From NCBI GenBank assembly GCA_045046875.1, contig JASFYY010000058.1, forward strand, positions 1 to 51,401: a DNA stretch of 51,401 nucleotides, given 5' to 3'. Below the pieces are notes generated by a model. The model saw nothing but the letters and a program-made list of their open reading frames with translations. It was not told the origin of the DNA and ran no database searches. Every line of letters starts with the position of its first letter. The stretch's first letter is position 1. Shown piece by piece: positions 17,819 through 26,519 of the stretch. Origin of the DNA: Verrucomicrobiota bacterium (lineage in GTDB: Bacteria; Verrucomicrobiota; Verrucomicrobiia; Verrucomicrobiales; DEV007). Made by a program: the position numbers and the translations under genes.

Positions 17819-19399
17819 TCACATCCCCAACCCAATGTCCTTCGGGGGGTATTTCTTGAATGTGGCCCCATGCGCCTTGAGTTTAGCCCCCAGTGTGGCC
17901 AGCCAGGCATTACGACGATGCCCAACGGGCATCTGCTCCTTCGGATCAATATAAAGGTTAAATAACCAAGGCGCTATCCCCACATTTTGAATCGTCGACA
18001 TATCAATATACATGTGGGTGGACTGCGGCAGCACTACCTTCACATGAGCCTTGTATTCACGCATGCGACAGGCCGTCAGCTGGGTTCCCCACCAGAAATA
18101 AACGGCTTCCCGTTTAGAGAGTCCTTGGTCGGCTAGTAAAAATGAGGTCTGATCAATGAAGTCATAATACTTGTCATCGGGCAGCGTATCGACGGAAACC
18201 CCGGCAAGGTTCAAAGCCGTGCCAAAGAGATCCATCAGGTCGAACAGTTCATCACTTTCACGCCCCTCTTTGATCATACCTTTCCAATAGGCAATACCAG
18301 GAATGCGAACCCCTCCTTCAAAAGTAGTGCCTTTTGCTCCTCTAAACGGCGTGTAACCACCGTCCGGCCAGGCATCCATCTGCGGTCCATTGTCGGAGGT
18401 GAAAAACACAAAAGTGTTTTCCAGCACACCCGCTTGACCGAGAGCTTTCATAATTTCACCCACATGCAAATCCACTTCAGCGACCGCCTCTTTGTAGGCA
18501 TATTTCGCGGCACTAAGAGATCCGAGATCCGGGTTAGAAAAATTATCCGCATGCACTTTCATAAAACAGTGTTCAATGAAAAAAGGCTTATCCCCCTTCG
18601 CAGCCTCCTTGATTTTCTTGATGGTAAAATCAGCAAGCACCTTATCGGCACGCCCCATATCTACAGTGGATTGGATCTGACTGATTTTTTCCGTTTTGCC
18701 GCCTTTGAATCCGTGGGTCAAGTGGTTGTCTGGAGCGATGCCTTCGAAAGCCGCAAGTTTTCCCGGGTCATTGACGAGGTCGGGGTAACGACGCGGATCA
18801 ACGCTCTGGGAAATTTCTTTTTGAGCTGGATAGTAGCCATAATATTCATCGAATCCAACATCGTGTGGACGCATCCCCTTATTCTCACCAATGTGCCATT
18901 TACCCGTAAGCAGGGTATAATAACCCGTGTCACTGAGTAAAGCGGCGAGGGATCTTTCATCGGCCCAGGGATTCTTGGTAAGTTTGTCTCCCGCTAGGAT
19001 CGGGCGGATGAGCCCAGTGCGAAATGGAATGCGTCCGGTAAGAATAGCCGAACGTGTCGGGGTGCAGGTATGTTGCGAATAACATGAAGTGAGTTTGAGT
19101 CCTTCCCGCGCAAGCCTGTCGATGTTCGGAGTCGCAGCGCCAATAGCAGCGCCCCCTCCATAACAACCAGGATCCCCATAGCCCATGTCATCAACGATAA
19201 TCCAAAGAATATTCGGTTTTTTCCCAGTTTTCTTTTCCAAAGCAGCAAGCTTGGCAGCAACTGCTTTGTCCTGCGCTGGACGAGGAATGGCAGGCTCTCT
19301 ATTTTCAGCCGTGCGCACAGAGCGGTCAAGACCAGCTTGAGCTATTGTCGTGATAAGACTAAGAGCAAAAAGAACTGTGCAAGCTTGTTTGGTTTTCAT
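17819..19399 (-). CDS. Arylsulfatase (Cys-type), secreted
   Basis: ATG 19399 (MKTKQAC) preferred because the 19441 start overlaps the upstream gene. KPNILWIIVDDMGYGD, CTPTRSAILTGR, GKWH.G, SDNGP, FEGGVR.P. Confidence 0.92.
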   Translation of the reverse strand: MKTKQACTVLFALSLITTIAQAGLDRSVRTAENREPAIPRPAQDKAVAAKLAALEKKTGKKPNILWIIVDDMGYGDPGCYGGGAAIGAATPNIDRLAREGLKLTSCYSQHTCTPTRSAILTGRIPFRTGLIRPILAGDKLTKNPWADERSLAALLSDTGYYTLLTGKWHIGENKGMRPHDVGFDEYYGYYPAQKEISQSVDPRRYPDLVNDPGKLAAFEGIAPDNHLTHGFKGGKTEKISQIQSTVDMGRADKVLADFTIKKIKEAAKGDKPFFIEHCFMKVHADNFSNPDLGSLSAAKYAYKEAVAEVDLHVGEIMKALGQAGVLENTFVFFTSDNGPQMDAWPDGGYTPFRGAKGTTFEGGVRIPGIAYWKGMIKEGRESDELFDLMDLFGTALNLAGVSVDTLPDDKYYDFIDQTSFLLADQGLSKREAVYFWWGTQLTACRMREYKAHVKVVLPQSTHMYIDMSTIQNVGIAPWLFNLYIDPKEQMPVGHRRNAWLATLGAKLKAHGATFKKYPPKDIGLGM

Positions 19400-19413
19400 G
19401 ACTTTGTTTTTAA

Positions 19414-20358
19414 CTAAAATTTGAACAGCAATTTGAACCACACATAATTCCCCTGTAGTCGGTCGCGAGTTTCAAATTCGTGTAACCATTTCAACTCACC
19501 TATCACGTCGACATTGCCGATTTTTCCTGCGTAAGATAAAACCGGACCGAAACCTGCCGTGCGCCCTTTGAAGTCTCCTAGTGCCGCCCCCGACCCGCTA
19601 TCTCCCGTCACTTGCTCATACCAATATCCATTGACCCCCACTCCCGCCAAACCGCCCAACAATGGCAAATGCTGCGCCAGCGTGCCATCAACATGAATCT
19701 GGGTGCCGGTTTTGTAATGGGTATCATCATTCTCAGTGTTGAAATCAGCACCGGTAAAAACAGAAGCTTCAATCCCATTCTTCTGGCCAAAATACATAAA
19801 ACCCACCGTCGGTTCGATGGTCCAATAATTTTTACCCGTATTCGCCAGACGCCCCACCTTGTATCTCCCTGTCGGCGCATAAATACCTAGTCGGTAATTG
19901 ATGCTGAAGTCATCACTGAGTTTCTGATTCAACATAAAAGGCATCAACACGATATCCCCTACTCCCTCGATGCTATCCGATCGCCGAACCGGCCCCACAT
20001 TCGCTGACACATCCATCGACACCCAGGGAATCGTTGTGCTCATGGCAAAACTCAAGTTATCTCCAATCTCAAAAGAACCCGGCCGCCAGAACAAAGTAAG
20101 TCCATTGGCCCAGGAACTTGCCTTCACTCCGAAAGCCGCCTGCCCCGCGATCGGAATCGCCCGCCGAGCATCAATGGTTCCGTCATACCAAAGCAGATTA
20201 TAGCGTGCGATAAAAGTTTCCTCTGTAGCAACGGCATCCACAAAAGAACTCATCGAACCGGGCAGGTAATGACCTGCGCCCCCCTCTTCCGATTGCAGTG
20301 GAATAAGGTTTAATATATTAATGACGACAATTAAAAGCGGGAGAATTATTTTTTTCAA
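19414..20358 (-). CDS. SphA / phenol MetA-pathway family outer-membrane beta-barrel
   Basis: TTG start, signal peptide, EEGGAGHYLPG, G.GD, YAPTG.Y..G.LAN.G.N.WT.EP, Q.TGDSGSGA.LG, terminal WFKLLFKF. Confidence 0.82.
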   Translation of the reverse strand: MKKIILPLLIVVINILNLIPLQSEEGGAGHYLPGSMSSFVDAVATEETFIARYNLLWYDGTIDARRAIPIAGQAAFGVKASSWANGLTLFWRPGSFEIGDNLSFAMSTTIPWVSMDVSANVGPVRRSDSIEGVGDIVLMPFMLNQKLSDDFSINYRLGIYAPTGRYKVGRLANTGKNYWTIEPTVGFMYFGQKNGIEASVFTGADFNTENDDTHYKTGTQIHVDGTLAQHLPLLGGLAGVGVNGYWYEQVTGDSGSGAALGDFKGRTAGFGPVLSYAGKIGNVDVIGELKWLHEFETRDRLQGNYVWFKLLFKF

Positions 20359-20467
20359 AACTTACTTTTATAGTTAACTGTTAAACTAATTGCCATTCAA
20401 GCGATCAACTCCCCAATTGTAAAGCTATAAAATATATTTGCAAAAGTTATTTGATTTTATACAAACG

Positions 20468-20482
20468 ATAAGTTTTATTTAT
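20468..20482. promoter_or_regulatory. Putative LysR recognition box (T-N11-A)
   Basis: ATAA-GTTTTAT-TTAT dyad in the AT-rich divergent region, just before the LysR ATG (20486). A second inverted pair TATAAAAT (20426-20433) / ATTTTATA (20454-20461) lies nearby. Confidence 0.55.
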
Positions 20483-20485
20483 ACG

Positions 20486-21391
20486 ATGCTTGACCTCAAA
20501 AAACTGAATCACTTTTCCACAGTGGCAAAACACGGCAGTCTTAGCAAGGCTGCCAGCGCGCTGGGACTAACCCAACCTGCCTTGACTCTGAGCATCCGAA
20601 AATTAGAGCAAGAGCTGGACTGCACCTTGTTTGATCGATCCCATGGATTTGAATTGACAGGTTTTGGACACCAGTTACTGAGCACAACAGACAAGGCTCT
20701 CTCTCAAGCCAGCGATATTGAGCAAGAAATCCAACTGTTACGTTTAGGAACGAAAGGCAAACTAAAGATCGCTTGTGGTCCCAGTGTGGCTGAATATTTG
20801 ATCGGTCCAGCCATAGCCAGTTTGCTGCGGCAAGGTATTGATCTGGAAGTCCAAATTGACATCTCCTCCATTAACACCAGCACTCAGCTATTACTGCAAC
20901 GCGAAATTGATTTTGCTGTAGTTGAAACTTCCGCAATCAAAGACTTCCTAGAGTTTGAAATCACTCCACTTCCACCTCAGGAGATCATTTTTTTTGCACG
21001 CAAGGATCATCCTCTCACTAAGAAAAAAAAAATCAGCCCTAAAGATTTTTTCTCCTACCCACTCGCCGCTTCTGATCTACCTCCCTGGGCCATCGACTGG
21101 ATACGCGAAAACCGACCAGATAGCGCAAAAAAACTAGGGCTGCAAATACGCTGCGCTCACCATAACCTGCTCATTCAAACGGTCGCTGCAAGCGATGCGA
21201 TCAGTGCCGCGCCGAAAGCGGTCATTGCAGAGTCAATGCAAAGTGGCAAAATTGCCCCTATCCTCTTTAAACCCGCCAGTATGTTCAACCATGCAGGAAT
21301 TGTATTTTTAAGGGATCGCCAACTGAGCAAGTCCACTCAGAGATTAATCGACAGTATCAAAGAAACCGCCACGATGTCCTCCTCACCTTAA
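20486..21391 (+). CDS. LysR-family transcriptional regulator
   Basis: ATG 20486 (MLDLKKL..F..VAKHGSLSKAA..L..TQPALT.SIRKLE..L...LFDR) helix-turn-helix, then a substrate-binding domain. Divergent from the SphA-arylsulfatase operon. Confidence 0.93.
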   Translation: MLDLKKLNHFSTVAKHGSLSKAASALGLTQPALTLSIRKLEQELDCTLFDRSHGFELTGFGHQLLSTTDKALSQASDIEQEIQLLRLGTKGKLKIACGPSVAEYLIGPAIASLLRQGIDLEVQIDISSINTSTQLLLQREIDFAVVETSAIKDFLEFEITPLPPQEIIFFARKDHPLTKKKKISPKDFFSYPLAASDLPPWAIDWIRENRPDSAKKLGLQIRCAHHNLLIQTVAASDAISAAPKAVIAESMQSGKIAPILFKPASMFNHAGIVFLRDRQLSKSTQRLIDSIKETATMSSSP

Positions 21392-21560
21392 GCACCCACC
21401 CATCAACACACTCACTGCCCAACCCGGCTAAAACAGATCACGCTACACGACAGTTTTACAAATAAGTGCGCTGAACAAGTTTTTACACCTTTATCTTGGC
21501 TCGAACCAACCAAACTAACCTTAAAGATCAGTAAAAAAGTTAATTGTCACTAATGCAATA

Positions 21561-23473
21561 TCATTTCGATGGCGCGTACCAGATCGGCGAAGTATACGCA
21601 CGCTCCTGGGTGATCATAGGAACATTTTCATCCATCTTAATCCCGAAACGTTTGGCTTCATAAGCTGTCCACCTCGGCGTCGGAATTTCGATCACCCGTG
21701 CATAATAAAATGCTGCTTGCCTGGCATCAAAATCAGGATCATACCAAACAGTGATCAACTCCGGGGCACCGATGGTATTCGTCCACGTTGCATTTTTAAC
21801 ATCAACCGTATTCCCAACGGCTGGCAGTTTACCATCCTTCCCGGGTTTGCGACCATCACTCCAGGCGACATCATAGACCTTCTCATAGGTCTCCCCTTTT
21901 GCATCCATCCAACCTTTAATGATCTGGACACGATCAAGATTGCCACTGTAGGGATCTTTCAGAGCAGCAACCAGAAAACCGGGAGATTTCCCCTTTGGAG
22001 CATCCGTCATATCTCCTCCCATCGGCACGCCTTTTTCATAACCCGCGGATGCCGGCAATCGAGACAAGGCATCTTCTTTCACGAAATCCCAACCGCCAAA
22101 AAAGCGCACGGTCATGCGGGGCCCTGTAGTCGAATAAGTCTCCTTTCGCTTCATCGCATCAAAGATGGCTTCGCGAGTATTTTCCGTTGCCCAAACAGCA
22201 GCATAACCTCCCGCTGCTTGTTGCCAGCCTTTGATGGAAAACTTCGGATCAGGAGCCTCAATCACCATGTGTTCCCAACGATGAGGCTCCGGTTCAACCC
22301 CTGAATGTTTACCGAAAAAATTCTCTTCTTCAACCGCCGCCATTGCGGTATGGGAATCCGTGCTACCAATCAAGCCGAACTTGTAGGGGTTCACACCCAG
22401 CTTGCGTTCCAACTTCAATCCTGTTTTGAGCGCTTCGCGGGTGTATTCCCATTGCAACATTTCGGGTTTTTTCGCCACGGTCCCATTGAGGTTGGATTTA
22501 TCCCAGGTCTCGTAATTGGCGAACTCATCATTCGGCGATAACATCGGATGGGCTTCACTGTCCCCTTTGATCTGGGTGGCTTCAATAAGCGGTTCATCTT
22601 AATCCTCAATGCAGCCAATTCTTTGCTCAGAGGTTTGCCGTCAAAATTCTCAACGGTGAACATGCGACCATTACTCAAATTTCCATTATGAGGAATCGCC
22701 AACACTTCTTCTCCCGTTTTCTTTTCAAAGCCCTGCAAATACCGCCACAGGTCTTCCGGGTTTTTGCTATCGAATTGAGAAAAAGGAATCGTCTGGTTGG
22801 CAGCGCTTGAATCACCACGAAAAATCACGTTGCGATGGATATTATCCCCACCGATCGCTGTCCACTCAAAACCAATAAGGGCAGTGAAACGACCGGGGTC
22901 GTTATATTCGTCCGCTAGGGAGGTGTAAGCATGCCAAGCGTTTTTGATAGCTTTATCATTTTTGATCAGAGGTTTGTCACCAGACAAAGAAGCGACGATT
23001 TCCATCGCAGTGGCAAATATTCTGTCCGTATCCCCACTTTTCAGTTCTCCATACCACTTCTTGCCATATTTAGTGCTGAGGATTTCAGGATCGCCACTCA
23101 ACAACTGCGGCATCAATCCATACATTTCTGCGTGATCTGTAATCACCAGAAAATCAAGCGGACGTGAAAGTTTAGCCCTTAATCCATGAGTAGTGGTGAT
23201 CTCCTCTCCTCTGGCAAAGCGAAAAGCATCCTCCTGCCCCACTCGACACATCGTGCCTGCATCAACCGAAACGGCGGTATGCAGATGTGTGTCACCAAAC
23301 AGAATCTTGGTTGGAAAATTACGCCCCGCATAAGGAGAATATTCCTTTTTTGCAAGAACGGCTACCCCCTCCTTGCTGGGTTTTTCATCGGCTTGGGCGA
23401 GGCCAGCCCACAGCCCCGAAACCATAACAAGACAAGATCCAAAGATTTGATTGAATTTGCTTTTCATTTGCAT
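21561..23473 (-). pseudogene. DUF3604 protein split by a 1-bp deletion near 22595 (pseudogene or sequencing error)
   Basis: ORFs 22415..23473 and 21561..22544 are the N- and C-halves. Adding one G (ATG GAA CCG) restores [18 protein letters not shown], matching EPLYESTQIKGDGEAH in the paralogue, and gives a 637-aa protein. Confidence 0.88.
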
Positions 23474-23484
23474 ATTCCAACTAA

Positions 23485-24444
23485 CTAAAACTGATAGACT
23501 ATCTTAAACCAAATATAATCGCCTTTGACACGCCGCTCGGTCTCAAGTTCAGTCAACCACCGCACCTCTGCCACCAAGCTATTGTCTCCCACTGGCAGAA
23601 TATAACTCAGCACTGGACCTAAGCCAACCGTGCTAGCTTTGTTATCACCAAGCCTGGCCCCACTGCCACTATCTCCAGTGATCTGCTGATAATAAAAAGC
23701 CTCCGCTCCGATACCGAGAAAACCTTTACCCAGCGGCAATAGCTGCTGCACAGTGGTGTCTGCATGAAAAATGGTTCCGTTGCGGTAATTCGTATCCTTA
23801 TTCTTAGTGCTAAAAGCAAACCCGGTATGAAGGGCGGCATTGAATCCCGTCTTAGCATTATTGTAAGATCCACCCACAGTTGGATCAAAAGTCCAATGAT
23901 TCAGTCCGGGATTAGCGAGACGCCCTACTTGATAATCACCAGTCGGAGCGTAAACGGGCAGCATAGCGTTGATTTGCCAGTCGTTAATTTCCCATGCCAT
24001 CATAGCTGGAATAATCAGTAAATCCCCAATCCCGTCAGCTTTGTCAGTGCGTATTCGACTACGACCCGTCAAGGTGACATTCGCACTGACATCCATCCAG
24101 ACGTAGGGCAAAAAAGCTCCCAGCGAATAATGAGCACCGAGGAATTTTTGATCAAAGGTATAAAGCGAACCTACGGTAACCGCGTCACTGGTCGCGCTGA
24201 GCCCCCCAGCGAGCACTCCCGCCACCGGCAAGGTCTTTGCCGCTGACGCATCGCCGTCATAGTGCAAATACATCGTTTCCAATACCCAACCTCCTTTGGT
24301 CGGCGGAAGATCAATAAGGCTCGCAACTCCTCCCGGAATATAATGCCCCGCACCGCCTTCTTCAGCTTGGCTGACAGGAGCAAAGACGGATGCTGCCACG
24401 ACAGCCAAAACTGCCAGATAATTAATTAATCGATGTAGTTTCAT
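23485..24444 (-). CDS. SphA / phenol MetA-pathway family outer-membrane beta-barrel (second copy)
   Basis: EEGGAGHYIPG, DGIGD, YAPTGDYQVGRLANPGLN.WT.DP, QQITGDSGSGA.LG, terminal WFKIVYQF; paralogue of 19414..20358. Confidence 0.82.
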   Translation of the reverse strand: MKLHRLINYLAVLAVVAASVFAPVSQAEEGGAGHYIPGGVASLIDLPPTKGGWVLETMYLHYDGDASAAKTLPVAGVLAGGLSATSDAVTVGSLYTFDQKFLGAHYSLGAFLPYVWMDVSANVTLTGRSRIRTDKADGIGDLLIIPAMMAWEINDWQINAMLPVYAPTGDYQVGRLANPGLNHWTFDPTVGGSYNNAKTGFNAALHTGFAFSTKNKDTNYRNGTIFHADTTVQQLLPLGKGFLGIGAEAFYYQQITGDSGSGARLGDNKASTVGLGPVLSYILPVGDNSLVAEVRWLTELETERRVKGDYIWFKIVYQF

Positions 24445-24487
24445 GATTATTTTGAAGCCTTAATGATTACCGATGTGATAAACAAAC

Positions 24488-26389
24488 TTATTTCGAAGGA
24501 CTATACCAAATGGGTGCCGTGTAAGCGCGCTCTTGGGTCGTCATTTTTACTTTTTTCGGCATCTTGATGCCAAAACGTTTCGCCTCATAAGCCGTCCAAC
24601 GAGGCGTAGGAATCTCAATCACACGAACATAATAAAAGGCACGCTGCTTGGCGTCAAAATGGGGGTCTTTCCACACCGCAATCAGCTCGGGATCACCGAT
24701 GGTATTGCGCCAGGTCGCCTTTTTCACATTGACCGTATTGCCCACTGCTTTTTTGCAGCGACCATCCTCACCGATCTTGCGATCATCTGATACCGCCACA
24801 TCGTAAACCCGCTCCTCCGCTTTGCCGTCTTTACCTACCCATCCTTTGATGATCTGAATCCGATCCAGATTGCCACTCATCGCATCTTTCATCGCAGCGA
24901 CTAAAAACGTCGGTGACTTGCCTTCGGGAGCGGCTGACAGATCGCCACCCATCGGCACCCCCTTGGAATATCCAGCCTCAGCTGGCATCCGGGTCTCGGT
25001 ATCTTCTTCATTAAAATCCCATCCTCCAAAAAAGCGCACGACCATGCGCGAACCAGTGGTAGCGTAAGTTTCCTTACGCTTCATCGCATCCCACAGGGAA
25101 GCTCGAGTATTCTCCTTGGCCCATACCGCAGCAAAACCAGAAGCCGCCATTTGATAGCCCATGATTTTCCCGTTCTCACCACCAATCACCACATGCTCGG
25201 CACGATGTTTGTCCGGCTCGACTCCTGAGTGTTTACCAAAAAAGTTATCCTCTTCGACTGCTGGCAAAGAAGTGTGGGAATCGGTGCTTCCCACTTGACC
25301 AAATTTATAGGGATTGACCCCGAGTTTCTCTTCAAATTCCAACCCGCGTTTGAGACCAGAGCGAGCATACTCCCCCACCAGCATCGCATCCGTTTTTGCC
25401 TCGCTCATATCGAGATTACCCAGGTCCCAGGTTTCGTAATCGGCAAACTCGTCATCCGGCGAAAGCAAACCATGCGCCTCTCCATCCCCTTTGATCTGTG
25501 TGCTTTCATACAGCGGCTCCCAACGCTGACGCCGCTCAGCGTAATCCTTGGTGATTGGTCCACCGGCTTGAGTCTCCACATCAAACATCATGCCATTGGA
25601 CAAGTTACCATTATGGGCAATTGCCAAAACCTGGCCTCCTGTTTTTTCCTCATAAGCCGCCATCGCCTGCCACAGCTTTTCAGGATCGCTGCTGTCTGCC
25701 AAAGTGTAGGGCAGCGTCATGCTAGCTTTGTCCCCGTTGTCTCGGTAGATCACATTGCGATGCAAATTGTTCCCTTTAACCAATGACGTCCATTCATAAC
25801 CAATCAAGGCTGTAAACTTACCCGGTTCATTGTATTTCTCAGAGGCATCGATCACGCTCTGCCAAACCGGCTTCATCATTACCGGATCATTGGTTGGCCA
25901 GGGAAATTTCCCTTGTGAAAAAAGCGTGATAATTTCCAGAGAAGCGTTCACCGCATCTTTCCCGCCGTTTTTGATTGCCCGATTCCAGCGTCTCCCCTCC
26001 TCTTTATTCATCACCTTCGGATCTCCCTCAGCAAACAACGAGAAAAAACCCATACCATCCGAGTGATCGGCCACCACCACAAAATCAAGCGGGCGGGCCA
26101 GCTTCGCTTGATAACCACCCGAAGCCGTAACTTGCTCCCCACGACAAAAACGATAGGCCTCGTCGAGTCCCAGACGATTACCAAAAGTCCCCGCATCCAT
26201 CGACAGGTCGGTGTGCAAATGGGTATCGCCAAAATACACGTTAGTCGGATAAGCCCGATTAACGTAAGGCGAAAACTCCTTTTTAGGAAGTTTCATATCC
26301 TTTTTCTCCATCTGCGCATCGGTTTGCGAATAAAGGCAAGAAAGTGATGAGTTCAGGAGACAAAGGACGATAACAACAGACTTTTTCAT
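24488..26389 (-). CDS. DUF3604 domain protein (PHP-like metallohydrolase), secreted
   Basis: YFGDTHLHT, ADHSD, GYEWT, LHRNV, AHNGNLSNG, QIKGDGEAH, GSTDSH, TTQERAYTAPIWY. Confidence 0.9.
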   Translation of the reverse strand: MKKSVVIVLCLLNSSLSCLYSQTDAQMEKKDMKLPKKEFSPYVNRAYPTNVYFGDTHLHTDLSMDAGTFGNRLGLDEAYRFCRGEQVTASGGYQAKLARPLDFVVVADHSDGMGFFSLFAEGDPKVMNKEEGRRWNRAIKNGGKDAVNASLEIITLFSQGKFPWPTNDPVMMKPVWQSVIDASEKYNEPGKFTALIGYEWTSLVKGNNLHRNVIYRDNGDKASMTLPYTLADSSDPEKLWQAMAAYEEKTGGQVLAIAHNGNLSNGMMFDVETQAGGPITKDYAERRQRWEPLYESTQIKGDGEAHGLLSPDDEFADYETWDLGNLDMSEAKTDAMLVGEYARSGLKRGLEFEEKLGVNPYKFGQVGSTDSHTSLPAVEEDNFFGKHSGVEPDKHRAEHVVIGGENGKIMGYQMAASGFAAVWAKENTRASLWDAMKRKETYATTGSRMVVRFFGGWDFNEEDTETRMPAEAGYSKGVPMGGDLSAAPEGKSPTFLVAAMKDAMSGNLDRIQIIKGWVGKDGKAEERVYDVAVSDDRKIGEDGRCKKAVGNTVNVKKATWRNTIGDPELIAVWKDPHFDAKQRAFYYVRVIEIPTPRWTAYEAKRFGIKMPKKVKMTTQERAYTAPIWYSPSK

Positions 26390-26519
26390 GATGGTTTTAT
26401 TTCTCAGATAAAATAGAAAAACAACAAAGCCGTGTCAACGCTATATGAAAATAAAAGAATATTGTGTATTCGTTTCCATCTCAAAATTTAAGCTTGCCCT
26501 CTTTACACACCCTGTATCA

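Noticed and set aside
22585..22605. Programmed ribosomal frameshift or phase-variable tract in DUF3604
   Set aside because: No slippery heptamer, long homopolymer or simple repeat at the site; both paralogues are continuous.
13650..26519. DUF3604 block as a bounded mobile genomic island
   Set aside because: It looks somewhat more AT-rich by eye, but no integrase, tRNA or flanking direct repeats were found.
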